A stretch of 64,000 nt of DNA, taken from assembly GCA_964650355.1 (NCBI GenBank), contig CAZYTL010000004.1, forward strand, positions 3,912 to 67,911, written 5' to 3'. Source of the DNA: an uncultured Gammaproteobacteria bacterium. Lineage in GTDB: Bacteria; Patescibacteriota; Microgenomatia; CAYXHB01; CAZYTL01. Positions 28,809 to 38,980 of the stretch are shown in pieces; within the stretch, counting starts at the first letter, position 1, and each line of letters begins with the position of its first letter. The position numbers and the translations under genes are program-made. Below the pieces are notes generated by a model. That model ran no database searches. It was not told where the DNA came from and was given only the letters and a program-made list of their open reading frames with translations.

Positions 28809-29525
28809 ATGTTCACCGCCGTCATCATCACTCTCACCCTCATCGCTTCTACAATTGGTACCTCCACCGGCTTTGGCACTTCCACCATTCTCATTCCCTT
28901 TCTTTCTCTATATTATCCCTTACCTGAAACTCTCCTCTTCGTCGGCATCATCCATTGGTTCGGCAACGTCTGGAAAATGTTTTTCTTCAAACAAGGCCTT
29001 AACTGGAAACTTGTCCTTCTCTTCGGACTGCCCGGCATCATCATCAGCTTCATGGCCTCTCAACTCCCCACCACTTTAGACAACCAAACACTCAAAAAAA
29101 TCTTGGGCCTCTTTTTAATCGCTTACGTGATTTTCATCTTTCTCAGACCCAGGTGGAAAATAGCCAAAAACAACCTCAACGCCGTCCTCGGAGGCAGCCT
29201 GTCAGGATTTTTCGCCGGCATTTTCGGCGTCGGCGGAGCGGTCAGAAGCGCCTTCCTTTCTGCTTTTAACCTAGATAAAAGCGTCTACCTATTTACCTCC
29301 GGCGCTATCGCCATCCTCATCGACACCTCCAGACTCACAGGATATCAATTAAGCGGCATTCGCCTTCAGACTTTCCAGCTCTCCGCCCTCATCTTCGCCA
29401 TCACCGCTTCTTTATTCGGCGCTTATCTAGCCAAGACCTTCCTCACCAAAGTTCCGGCCGCCCAATTCCGCCTCCTCATCGCTCTGGCGTTACTCATCGT
29501 CGGTCTCCGCTACTTTGTTTCCTAA
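28809..29525 (+). CDS. TauE/SafE family sulfite/anion exporter (DUF81)
   Basis: Two repeated 4-TM halves with G-rich motifs (GTSTGFGTSTILIPFL; GIFGVGGAVRSAFL). Confidence 0.75.
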   Translation: MFTAVIITLTLIASTIGTSTGFGTSTILIPFLSLYYPLPETLLFVGIIHWFGNVWKMFFFKQGLNWKLVLLFGLPGIIISFMASQLPTTLDNQTLKKILGLFLIAYVIFIFLRPRWKIAKNNLNAVLGGSLSGFFAGIFGVGGAVRSAFLSAFNLDKSVYLFTSGAIAILIDTSRLTGYQLSGIRLQTFQLSALIFAITASLFGAYLAKTFLTKVPAAQFRLLIALALLIVGLRYFVS

Positions 29526-29632
29526 ACCCTTCCTCACGCGCCACTTTACCTATGGCCTAAATATTCCCCTCTGCCTAGCCCACTCTTTCTCCTTACTTAC
29601 CAGATAAAAATCTTCATTCCAGAAACAGATTA

Positions 29633-29860
29633 CTAAATTTCCACCTGCTCTAAAAATTTTTCTACTCCAGCTCTATACTCAGGTGTATCTGTCTCTCCAT
29701 GCACAGTCTCGCTGTGTACCACTACTGCATCAATTAAATGTGCTTTTTGATCCACCGGGGCAGCAATCACCAGTTTGCAATTAGATTCGCTGGGTATCTT
29801 TCCGCAGTCGCTCACCAACCATTTACCCGGAGTTAAACCTAAATCACTTACATTTGCCAT
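29633..29860 (-). CDS. DUF1059-like small protein
   Basis: 75 aa. C-x9-C followed by ...AHLIDAVVVHSETVHGE resembles the DUF1059 pattern. Confidence 0.45.
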   Translation of the reverse strand: MANVSDLGLTPGKWLVSDCGKIPSESNCKLVIAAPVDQKAHLIDAVVVHSETVHGETDTPEYRAGVEKFLEQVEI

Positions 29861-30120
29861 CTTTCATCACCTCCTTTCGCATACATTAAAAGTACTAATC
29901 ATCTGCGATCCTCCAAAGTCGCTCTTCGAGCCGCCCTTACTAATGAAGAAAGGCTCGAAGGAAGACGAGGAGGACAATAATAATTTAACTTTCAACTTCA
30001 AAAATCAACACCCATCCACCATACCCTTCCCGTCATTTAATATAAGTAATCTGAATTACATACCCATCAATATCCCAGATCAAAGAAAGAAAATCCCCCC
30101 AACCTATTACCGCACCTAAA

Positions 30121-30513
30121 TCATCCTTGTCGTGATCGTTCTCTTCCGGATAACATAAACAAACCTCCGGCCACTACCGGAGGCAACAAAATCAGCAACT
30201 CCACTAACCCGACAGTCATCACAGATAACCTTCCGCGCGTAACCACCGCATAAACCACCGCCAAGACTATTCCGATCACCACCAACAATAAACCGCCTAT
30301 TTTAGGATACCTCCACCCCACCCAGGCTAACAGCACCAAAGGAGCCAACTGTACCAAATGACTCGCTCCGCTCCAGTCTCCACCCATAATTTCTCCTACC
30401 GTAAATAGTGTCAACACCCCGATCGGCAACAACAACAACCCCACCGCCACCTTCTTCATCTTTCTCCCAGTCCAAGAAACCTTCCCCATCCTCTTTATCA
30501 TAACAAAATCCAA
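30121..30513 (-). CDS. small integral membrane protein (4 TM)
   Basis: Strongly hydrophobic helices (VAVGLLLLPIGVLTLF...; LLLVVIGIVLAVVYAVV...). The true start may be the internal MKKVAVG. Confidence 0.55.
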   Translation of the reverse strand: MDFVMIKRMGKVSWTGRKMKKVAVGLLLLPIGVLTLFTVGEIMGGDWSGASHLVQLAPLVLLAWVGWRYPKIGGLLLVVIGIVLAVVYAVVTRGRLSVMTVGLVELLILLPPVVAGGLFMLSGRERSRQG

Positions 30514-30530
30514 CCGCCATCAGAACCCAC
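30441..30530. repeat. direct repeat copy A (the 5' end of the 30121..30513 membrane-protein gene)
   Basis: About 78% identity to 32131-32220 (ccaccgcc.c...cttcccagtcca.gaaa.cttccccatc.tct..atcata.c.aaaatcca.c..ccat). Confidence 0.55.
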
Positions 30531-30649
30531 TTATCAAAATCCAACACCACAAAATTGAAATATAGTGACATAGTTAGTAAAATTTATGAATAAAGTCGCT
30601 AAATTACAGACCCGAATAAATACAACTTAAATAAAGAAAGTCTAACAAG

Positions 30650-32098
30650 ATGAGTGAAACTCAAGTCCTAGAAACGGAAACCACCAATTTGACTCAGGAA
30701 AGCAAACGTCAACAAACATCTGCCAAACCTAATTGGGACCATCGCACCTTAAAACAAAAAATCGCGGAATTTCACCAGGACCAGGAGCTATCACCACAAC
30801 AATCTCAAACCTTGAGACAAGCCGAAGAACTCCTGAGCACAAACGACAACTGGCCGAAAATAAAAAGAGTCTTATTAATGCAACTCAGAAAAGGCAATCA
30901 AATTGGTGATCTCCAATATACCGTCGACCTCTTCTCTGACGTAAACAATTTCAACGAGCAAGAACGGGAAGCAGCTACCGCTTACCTCCAGCGCCGCTAT
31001 GAAAAACGCCGCGCTTTATCCGAACTCCAAGCTCAAGCCGTAGACGAACAAGTTGATTTTGCCAACGCCAGAGTGGACTTAATTACCAAAATCAAAGAAA
31101 ATCCCGACACCCAACCAGACGAATTAACCGCCCATCTGGAAACCCTTAGCAAAGAAGGTCATCTCACCCCAGATCAGCTACAGGAACTCCAAAGATGGGT
31201 GGAGATCTACCATCACAAACGGCAAAACATCACCGCAGTCAGAGCCGAACACCCTGACGACCAAGACCTTGTCAAACACCTCTACGGAATCGTTCCTACT
31301 AATTTTCAAGTAGTTGACGGCGTGGTAGCCATTGGCATAATCGGCGTCAATGATCACGACTATTATAAAATGCACTCCGGCGCCTCATTCAAAAACAGGA
31401 AACCAAGTAAGACCGAAATCGAAATCGCTCAAAAATCCGAAGGGTTTTTAAGTGAATGGTGTCAAGATGATCGATTAAACAATCAGATAATTGTTTTGCC
31501 AGATTCAATCTTAGAAGCTGGACAAAACCCAAATGACAACCCTGTTTACATTCACGAAAGAAAGCATGTGTTTAACAGCGTTGACATCGAAGCCACCAAC
31601 AAAGACAATCAAGACAGATATGAACTTTTGACTGAATCTCATACCCAATCTGGAAGGAAAAGGGATCTGCTAATAAAGCAATATTTTCGCAGTCGGAGAA
31701 ATTTTGTCGAAACCCAGTCACTAGACGAAATAAGAGCCTACAAAGCAGATGGTGAGCTTAGCAACCCTCAAATTGAATCAAGGTTAACAGGAGACAAACT
31801 CTCAGGAGGCCACGGATTTTCGCAACAAGCAATGGCAACTGAATTAGGTGGTCTGCTTCGTCGGAATGATCAGGAATACAATACTCCACTAATAGATGCA
31901 GCCAAACAAATTTTCGAAACAGAATACCAGCAAATAATCGGGGCCTCATTAGTCGCCTTTGATAAAGTCAGTGAGCTACTTAACGGAGATGCTGAACTTG
32001 CCGATGCGGTGCTCGCCGACCAGCCTTTGAGAAAGTGGCGCAAAACAGCCAAAAGAATGAACGAGGTAATCACCCAAAAACAAACTAACGCTTCATAA
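30650..32098 (+). CDS. hypothetical protein, 482 aa, Q/E-rich N-terminus
   Basis: Clean ORF with no recognisable motifs. Flanked by ~90-bp direct repeats. Confidence 0.55.
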   Translation: MSETQVLETETTNLTQESKRQQTSAKPNWDHRTLKQKIAEFHQDQELSPQQSQTLRQAEELLSTNDNWPKIKRVLLMQLRKGNQIGDLQYTVDLFSDVNNFNEQEREAATAYLQRRYEKRRALSELQAQAVDEQVDFANARVDLITKIKENPDTQPDELTAHLETLSKEGHLTPDQLQELQRWVEIYHHKRQNITAVRAEHPDDQDLVKHLYGIVPTNFQVVDGVVAIGIIGVNDHDYYKMHSGASFKNRKPSKTEIEIAQKSEGFLSEWCQDDRLNNQIIVLPDSILEAGQNPNDNPVYIHERKHVFNSVDIEATNKDNQDRYELLTESHTQSGRKRDLLIKQYFRSRRNFVETQSLDEIRAYKADGELSNPQIESRLTGDKLSGGHGFSQQAMATELGGLLRRNDQEYNTPLIDAAKQIFETEYQQIIGASLVAFDKVSELLNGDAELADAVLADQPLRKWRKTAKRMNEVITQKQTNAS

Positions 32099-32130
32099 TC
32101 AGTCCATCATCACAATCACTATCAGCAATC

Positions 32131-32220
32131 CCACCGCCGCCCGCTTCAACCTCTTCCCAGTCCAGGAAATCTTCCCCATCTTCTCCATCATACCAAAAAT
32201 CCACCTCCATCACTCCTAAA
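32131..32220. repeat. direct repeat copy B (intergenic, decayed)
   Basis: See copy A. Same orientation. The two copies flank the 482-aa gene at 30650..32098. Confidence 0.55.
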
Positions 32221-32355
32221 ACTAAACCTCTTCCTTCTACCTGCCTACCTTCTCCACTAAACGCCTCTCTGCTCTTCGGATCACCTTCTGTCCCCACTTA
32301 CCCACCATCCAACCTCCGGCTATCGCCGCATGATATACCAATGAAAATGAATTAA

Positions 32356-33450
32356 CTAAACTGAAGGATTGAACCATAGCATTTTTCTATTAACTTGATA
32401 ACGTGCCGTATCCCAATTAATGCTAAATCTCACCCCTGCAACCACTTGCAAAAAACCCTTCAAAAATACCAATCCTCCCAGTATTCTCACCAAATAAAAC
32501 TGCGGCAAATACCCCAAAACATTCCAGGTTTTATTCCGTATTGCAGTCCAAACCAACGTCGGCAACATAAACAGCAGCAAATCAGCCGACAATGCCAGAT
32601 AAAACAACTGCGAATGAGCTAATATCATCCACGGCCACAGCAAAATCCCCACTGCCACCACTAAACTGTTCAATAGTCCTTCAATCGCCAAAATTCCCAC
32701 TTCCAAATCCAGGCTTTGTCCTCCCCACGGTACCTGATATCTTGATACACACTGCCAAAAACCCGTGTACCAACGGTCAATCTGTTTCACAAAATCACTC
32801 AGCGTCCGTGGATCCTGGGTAATTACCTCTGCTCTGCTACAGTACACCACCTTACCCAATTTCCGTCTATGAATCGCATAAGTCAAAGCCATATCTTCAG
32901 TTCGGGTTCCCTCAGGAATCGGCTGTTGAGCCAAAACCCTAGACCGGTATACTGTCGCGCACCCCGGACAAACCACAATCGCTGACAACGCATCCTGAGC
33001 CTGCTTATAAACCGACTGGGCAATCTCATACTCCCACATTCGATAACAAGTCAGCCAACTATCATCCACGCTCTGCACCTTACCTACCACGCAGGCAATC
33101 TCCTTTTTTCTGTCAGCCAAGAACACCATCATTACTTCAGGAATGAAATTCTTTTTCACAATCGTATCCGCATCAATCGGCATAATAAACTCAAATCTTT
33201 CTGTCAATTTGAACTTTTTAATCCCCGCATTTAACGCCCCTGCCTTGCCCCGATTCTTGCGCAGATTAAGAATATTTTCCCGCGGTAACCATTGAGCAGC
33301 CACCTGCCTGGTCTGGTCAGCCGACCTATCATTAACCACAAACACCTGTTCTTTATCCACCACCTTTAACAATGACTCCAAACTAGAGCCCAACACCACG
33401 TCTTCATTGTAGGCAGGAATAATAATCGCTAAGTTTTGTCTAGTTTGCAT
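32356..33450 (-). CDS. processive GT2 glycosyltransferase (PgaC/NodC/cellulose-synthase-like) with C-terminal TM helices
   Basis: IIIPAYNED, DADT (DxD), and QxxRW as KQIDRWYTGFWQ. C-terminal TM bundle. Confidence 0.7.
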   Translation of the reverse strand: MQTRQNLAIIIPAYNEDVVLGSSLESLLKVVDKEQVFVVNDRSADQTRQVAAQWLPRENILNLRKNRGKAGALNAGIKKFKLTERFEFIMPIDADTIVKKNFIPEVMMVFLADRKKEIACVVGKVQSVDDSWLTCYRMWEYEIAQSVYKQAQDALSAIVVCPGCATVYRSRVLAQQPIPEGTRTEDMALTYAIHRRKLGKVVYCSRAEVITQDPRTLSDFVKQIDRWYTGFWQCVSRYQVPWGGQSLDLEVGILAIEGLLNSLVVAVGILLWPWMILAHSQLFYLALSADLLLFMLPTLVWTAIRNKTWNVLGYLPQFYLVRILGGLVFLKGFLQVVAGVRFSINWDTARYQVNRKMLWFNPSV

Positions 33451-34300
33451 AAGATAAATTGATTACTTGGCTAGGTAACACCACTGTCAATCTTCGTTGT
33501 TTGACCACTTTTACAATCTGCTCGAATTTCTCCGGCGACACAGCATAAAAATCCTTGCTCTTATCAACCTGGTGAAATAACAAAACCACCCAAGATCCTT
33601 CTTCTTCCGCCCGGTCCAGCCACCTTTCCACCGTCTGCACACTAGTCGAACTATCTATAGTCACCGCCTTAATTGCGTATTTATCTTTCAATGGTAAAAG
33701 GTTAGTATCCGCATCAGCCGTCCTCATCGACTGATAATACTTCTCTGCCAAAGCCCTGATTTCCGGAGTCACTACCCCGCAAGGTGACACATACTGCTCG
33801 TGGCGCAGCCCCTCAGTTATCAAATCATGTTTAGATTGCCTGAATTCATCCTCTAATTTGTCTCCAAAAAACTGGCCATAATTACACACATGGGTTAAAG
33901 AATGGGAAGTCACTTCCCACCCGCTTGCTTGCAATTCTCTGATCTGAAACCAATTCGCATAACCGCCATAATCAGCATACGTGGTAGGCACGGCAATCGC
34001 CGCTGTATAACCGTATTTTTCTAAAATCGGCCAAGCCGTATCATATTGGCTCAACCAAGCATCATCAAGCCAAAAAGTCACCAGCGCTTGCCCATTCCAT
34101 TTAAAATCGGTGATTACTGGCTTTTTGACCACATACTGCAAAGCATCTTCCGACAATTGCCTGTGCAAATAAATCCCGTTATCATCAGCCGCTCCAGCCG
34201 TACCCGCGTTTAAATATCCCAATGTCAGGTATAAAATCAGCCCTGGAATTAATATCCAGCTCAATAAACTCAAATTAAGATTATAAACCCACTGCTTCAT
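33440..34300 (-). CDS. CE4 polysaccharide deacetylase (secreted)
   Basis: Signal/TM N-terminus, NodB-like motifs TFWLDDAW and HSLTH. Overlaps the GT2 gene by 11 nt. Confidence 0.65.
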   Translation of the reverse strand: MKQWVYNLNLSLLSWILIPGLILYLTLGYLNAGTAGAADDNGIYLHRQLSEDALQYVVKKPVITDFKWNGQALVTFWLDDAWLSQYDTAWPILEKYGYTAAIAVPTTYADYGGYANWFQIRELQASGWEVTSHSLTHVCNYGQFFGDKLEDEFRQSKHDLITEGLRHEQYVSPCGVVTPEIRALAEKYYQSMRTADADTNLLPLKDKYAIKAVTIDSSTSVQTVERWLDRAEEEGSWVVLLFHQVDKSKDFYAVSPEKFEQIVKVVKQRRLTVVLPSQVINLSYAN

Positions 34301-35739
34301 ACTTGCTTTTTATATAAATAAAATTGATCCTGACGGAAAACTAAATCATATTGTTCACTTAAATTTTTCTCCACCACGTCATGAACCTGGGTATAAACCT
34401 GATTCTTTAACTTATAGTCACTATTCAACTGAATTAAATCAAAATAACCGTTCTTAACCGCCTTTTCATACGCCTGATTCCCTTGTTCACCCTCATATGA
34501 AAACCAGTCGAAAGTGGTCATATTACTCGGCTGATTAATCCCGTCAGAAGCCAAAATCAACTGTGGCCCCGCCTCCGTCAGCACCTTATCCCCGGGCCGT
34601 TCATAATAAGCCAACGTCTCCATTAATAGACTCGCATTATCCCACAAATGATTATATCTTTGAGCCCATCCATATGAAGCAACTCCATATCCCATCACCA
34701 CCGCCGCCAACATTATCACTGACAAACCGCGCATGATCAATTTCTTGTTCCAACTTATTAACTCACTCGTCCCTATCCCGGCAATCATCGCCGCAAACGC
34801 TACTGCTAGATAAGTATGTTTATCCAAAGTCGCCAACCGATGAGTCGCCAGATGAAGGGCTAAAATCAACCCGCTAAACATTAACAGCATCCCCAGCTTT
34901 CTAACATATTTACGATTCAACATTCCAATCACTCCTAAACCTGCCATGGGCCACACCAAACCGCTATTCTTCCAAAACTCCTTTCCCACTGCCCACAAGC
35001 TGGCTGTCTCCCTGCTGGCTTGCGTCTGTAAGTAACTTAAAGTCGCATTCAAATTTAAGCTTGCATAAATAGCCCCCAACGCCACTAACGGGCTTAAAAA
35101 GTATATCAACCAAAACTTTCTCGTCTCAGCATCCTTCCGTGCCTGCCAATATCCCCAGGCCACCACGGCTGGCAAATAAATCACAATCGTATATTTAAAC
35201 AAAAACGCCCCCATCAAACACATGGCAGCTGCCATATACGTTTTGGCTGAAGTTTTCTTTTCCAGTGCCCACAAACCCAGTCCCAATCCCAGAAAAAACA
35301 GTGCATAACTGGGCATATCATACGTAGCCAACCGACTTACGTACAATGACACCGAGGATAATCCCAACACCGACATCGCCAACCAAGTGGCTGTTTTTTT
35401 CTGCGCCTTCTCTGCCAACTGATACACTACCCACCCCACGGCTGACGCCGCCACCAATCCGCAAATCACATTCACTGCTCTGGATCCCACGATTCCCCCG
35501 AAATTATATGCCAAAGCTGTTAACGCCGGATACAAATACTGGCTTCCGCCCATCCAACTCTGAGCATTGTAACTACCCCAATCATTCTTATATAGTCCCA
35601 ACTTTCCTACCACCACATAAATCGCCTCATCATTAAAGGGTGAATTATAATTTAAATTCACCCATCCCAATCCGGCAACCACCGCTAGTATCCCTGCGCA
35701 CAAAAGCCAGAAATAATTTTTCTTTAATTGCTTGATCAT
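34297..35739 (-). CDS. GT-C fold membrane glycosyltransferase (ArnT/PMT-like)
   Basis: ~11 TM helices plus a C-terminal soluble domain. Overlaps the CE4 gene by 4 nt. Confidence 0.55.
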   Translation of the reverse strand: MIKQLKKNYFWLLCAGILAVVAGLGWVNLNYNSPFNDEAIYVVVGKLGLYKNDWGSYNAQSWMGGSQYLYPALTALAYNFGGIVGSRAVNVICGLVAASAVGWVVYQLAEKAQKKTATWLAMSVLGLSSVSLYVSRLATYDMPSYALFFLGLGLGLWALEKKTSAKTYMAAAMCLMGAFLFKYTIVIYLPAVVAWGYWQARKDAETRKFWLIYFLSPLVALGAIYASLNLNATLSYLQTQASRETASLWAVGKEFWKNSGLVWPMAGLGVIGMLNRKYVRKLGMLLMFSGLILALHLATHRLATLDKHTYLAVAFAAMIAGIGTSELISWNKKLIMRGLSVIMLAAVVMGYGVASYGWAQRYNHLWDNASLLMETLAYYERPGDKVLTEAGPQLILASDGINQPSNMTTFDWFSYEGEQGNQAYEKAVKNGYFDLIQLNSDYKLKNQVYTQVHDVVEKNLSEQYDLVFRQDQFYLYKKQV

Positions 35740-35992
35740 AAGTCAAAATCAGGTCAAAAAACCAGATTGGCGCATTATATCCCATATTAATTACTATTGC
35801 AAGCATTAATTCCCACAACATGGACTAGATCACCCCACAATCCTCCCGAGAATTACAAGGCCCATAAATAAATTAGTAAACCCATCCCGGAAAGTTTTCC
35901 TCTCCGTTAAAATCCGTTCCCCACGTCGATCAGTCCACTACAAAATTCTCTCACTCCATGAATCTAAATTTCACAATCGACTCTCTATTCCC

Positions 35993-36718
35993 CTATCTCT
36001 TCTTAGACACCACCAGCTTCTCAATATAAACATCCTGCGGTCTGGTCAAGACAAACATAATTATGTCAGTCACATCTTCAGTCCTCATCATCCAAGGCTG
36101 ATTATGGGTAGTTTTCAGTCCGGCATTCTCGTACAAATTACTCTCAAATCCCCCCGGAAAAAACTGCATTACCTTTGTACTAGAATCTTTTAGCATCTCC
36201 CTCAGAGTTTCCGTATAACCGGTCATTGCCCACTTCGTCGCTCCGTATGTCTTCCAGGGTAAATTATTAGCCCCTCCGCGTGTCACATCACCAGCACCGG
36301 AAATCACATTCATAATCATCGCCTCATCTTTACTTAAAAACTGCAGCATCTCTTCCGTAAATTGGATCTGCCCCAAAACATTAGTATCAAAAGCCTTCTT
36401 TCTTAACTCCGGCCGCTTCTTCTCCAATTCATTGTCCGTCCACACTCCGGCGTTGTTCACCAAAATATCCACCCGCGTAAACTTCTTTACAATCTTCTTC
36501 ACTGCTTCTTTAACTTGCTTACCGTCCCGGATATCGCAACTGAAATACTCAGCCGTACCTCCGGCATCTGCAATCTCCTCTTTAGCCTTCTTCAACAAAT
36601 TCTCTCTCCTAGCCACCAACACCAACTTTGCTCCCTCACCTGCCAACTTCTTGGCCAACACCTTGCCCAACCCCTGATTCGAACCCGTAACCACGACCAC
36701 TTTATCTTTCAAATCCAT
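35993..36718 (-). CDS. SDR family oxidoreductase
   Basis: VVVVTGSNQGLGK (TGxxxGxG), NNAG, and a Y-x3-K region. Confidence 0.8.
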   Translation of the reverse strand: MDLKDKVVVVTGSNQGLGKVLAKKLAGEGAKLVLVARRENLLKKAKEEIADAGGTAEYFSCDIRDGKQVKEAVKKIVKKFTRVDILVNNAGVWTDNELEKKRPELRKKAFDTNVLGQIQFTEEMLQFLSKDEAMIMNVISGAGDVTRGGANNLPWKTYGATKWAMTGYTETLREMLKDSSTKVMQFFPGGFESNLYENAGLKTTHNQPWMMRTEDVTDIIMFVLTRPQDVYIEKLVVSKKR

Positions 36719-36784
36719 ACTTCTCTATCTTTTCTATCAATTATACCCTAAATTTATCCTCCTAGCTTCTATAGCGTCACTCCG

Positions 36785-37114
36785 TCAAACCACCCTCATC
36801 ACTATCACAATCAGCAACCCCGCCACCACCAATCCCAACAACCACCCCGTTGTATACAGCACCAGCTTGGCCGCCTCCTCCCTCTTCTTCTCCAACATAA
36901 ATAACCTATACGGTTGATAAAACACCAATAATCCGCACACCAACGCGGAAACTGAAAAAATTAACAAAAACAATACCGGACCCCAGTATTGATCCATCTT
37001 CCCGAACAACTCCTGACCTTTCCAGAACAACATCCCCACCAATGCACAATAACCGACCACCCCGAGTGCTTGCATCAAACCTTTCTTTATCAACCAGTCC
37101 TTATTCTCTTTCAC
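36785..37114 (-). CDS. small membrane protein (3 TM)
   Basis: Hydrophobic helices. Confidence 0.45.
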   Translation of the reverse strand: MKENKDWLIKKGLMQALGVVGYCALVGMLFWKGQELFGKMDQYWGPVLFLLIFSVSALVCGLLVFYQPYRLFMLEKKREEAAKLVLYTTGWLLGLVVAGLLIVIVMRVV

Positions 37115-37237
37115 TCTTATATTATAACCTCTCCCCGCAACTGCAGCCTATTCTGCCTCCCAATCCGCCTACAACTCTCCGCACGTTCTTTTGGTAAAAT
37201 CAACTAGCCTCTCGTGTTAAAATAAATCCATCCCCCA

Positions 37238-38119
37238 ATGATAGAACACACCCCCATCCTAGACAAAGAAACAGCTCAAGCCATCTTGGAGGGAGAATTT
37301 CGCTACATTTTGGGTTTATCAAAGTCAAGCAAACCCCCTCAAGATATCGGCAAGACAGCATTAGCAACCACCATCAATGCTGTCCTGGAAGCTACTCCCC
37401 ATCTCACACCCCCAGAAATAGAACAAACCTTTGGCCGGGTCATTATGCCAAATATTGAACCCCCTCCTCCTTCTCCAGAAACACAGTCTGAACCTTCCCC
37501 GTCTGCAAGTGAAGACCAGAAAGAACAAGACAAAGAGGATGCCACAGCCAAACTAAAAGGCAAGCTCCAATATGTTCTAGATTTATCAAGCCCAAGTAAT
37601 CCACTCGATTTACGGAAGAAAGCATTAGGAGCAACTGTCTACGCTATCCTGGAAGCCGTGCCCTATCTCACCCCAGAAGAAATACATCAAATCCATGAGC
37701 AAGTCCTCAGCCAACCTCTTCCTTCTGAAATACGTCGGTCAGGCCGCGAAGGCTGGGTACCGTTAGCTATGGTAACCAGTTCTCAAGGAGAACCGACTGA
37801 AATAATTTTAACTCCCAATGGCGCCATTTACCAAGTGACCGGAGAAGCCGGAACTTCCTCTTACCGGCTACAACAAACAGGAGAAGAACCCTTAAACCTC
37901 GATCAGGTCTGGACCTTAATTAAAGAAGAAACTGACAGATCCGATGGATCGACCGTCAGAACCTGGCAAACACCCATCTTAGACCCGAAAACCCAGCAAC
38001 CCGTCAAAATTAAACAAACTGTCCATCCCCTCCCCTCCGCATCAGATTGGCCTCGGGGTGTTCCCGTCCCCTCCCGACCAATAACCACCTTCGCACTGAC
38101 CAAACCAGAAGAAAATTAG
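37238..38119 (+). CDS. hypothetical protein with two tandem ~50-aa repeats and a Pro/Ser-rich linker
   Basis: The segment EGEFRYILGLSKSSKPPQDIGKTALATTINAVLEATPHLTPPEIEQTF is repeated as KGKLQYVLDLSSPSNPLDLRKKALGATVYAILEAVPYLTPEEIHQIH. Confidence 0.5.
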   Translation: MIEHTPILDKETAQAILEGEFRYILGLSKSSKPPQDIGKTALATTINAVLEATPHLTPPEIEQTFGRVIMPNIEPPPPSPETQSEPSPSASEDQKEQDKEDATAKLKGKLQYVLDLSSPSNPLDLRKKALGATVYAILEAVPYLTPEEIHQIHEQVLSQPLPSEIRRSGREGWVPLAMVTSSQGEPTEIILTPNGAIYQVTGEAGTSSYRLQQTGEEPLNLDQVWTLIKEETDRSDGSTVRTWQTPILDPKTQQPVKIKQTVHPLPSASDWPRGVPVPSRPITTFALTKPEEN

Positions 38120-38136
38120 TCAAACAAACTCACCTC

Positions 38137-38877
38137 TCATTTACGATCACCAATCTTCCCCATCCAATCATGAACAAAAACCACCGCTTCCTCAGTCCTG
38201 ATCGCTTCTAAAATCTTCTCAGCCACTACTTCAGGCGCATCAGCTTCAGGAATCTCATCCTCTTGTCCTCGACGCGGTTGATAAACAAAATCCACAGGCT
38301 TAATCGCCTTCTCTCCGAACCGGGTCTTCGTAATATACGGGAACACCAGACTCACTTTAATTCCGTCCTTTTCCTGTTCATTCCGAGCCGTCAACGACAA
38401 GCCGCCCAGTGCCCGCTTGGTAGCTGAATATCCACCCGAGCCAGGAAAGTAACTCAGAGCCGTGCCCGAACTGATATTCACAATCACTCCCCTTCCTTGT
38501 TCCTTCATCACCGGAATCACCATCTGCATGGCAATCAACGGCCCCACGACATTCAGCTCAAACAAATAAATAAAATCTTTAATCTCCATCTCTGCCACCG
38601 GCATATACATTCCTCTGCCTGCATTGTTAACCAGTACATCAATCTTCCCGTAATGATCTAGCGTTTGCTTCACCATCCTTCTCACCTCATCACCCCTGGT
38701 CATATCCGTTTTCACCACCAAAGAATCCTTCAGCTCTTTACTTAGCTGCTGCAGTTTATCCGTTGTCCGGCCAGCCAACGCCACCTTTGCCCCTTTCTTT
38801 GCTAACAACCTAGCCGTGGCCTCTCCGATCCCTGATGAAGCCCCAGTCACAATCACCACTTTATCCTTAACTTTCAT
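38137..38877 (-). CDS. SDR family oxidoreductase
   Basis: VVIVTGASSGIGE, NNAG, and a Y-x3-K segment. Confidence 0.8.
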   Translation of the reverse strand: MKVKDKVVIVTGASSGIGEATARLLAKKGAKVALAGRTTDKLQQLSKELKDSLVVKTDMTRGDEVRRMVKQTLDHYGKIDVLVNNAGRGMYMPVAEMEIKDFIYLFELNVVGPLIAMQMVIPVMKEQGRGVIVNISSGTALSYFPGSGGYSATKRALGGLSLTARNEQEKDGIKVSLVFPYITKTRFGEKAIKPVDFVYQPRRGQEDEIPEADAPEVVAEKILEAIRTEEAVVFVHDWMGKIGDRK

Positions 38878-38980
38878 ACAGCTAAAATTAAATAATCTAA
38901 CCCTATTCTAACTTAGTTCCACTTTACCTATCCAACCTGAATCTTTGATGAAATCGAAATCGCAGTTAGAAGTCAGGAGT

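Noticed and set aside
30302-30571. Acidic ORFs (…YDKEDGEGFLDWEKDEEGGGG… at 30302..30571 and …YDGEDGEDFLDWEEVEAGGGG… at 32085..32297) that look conserved between the two repeat copies.
   Set aside because: The similarity follows directly from the DNA-level repeat. In copy A the real reading frame is the membrane-protein frame, which has clear TM helices. The acidic frame is not independently supported.
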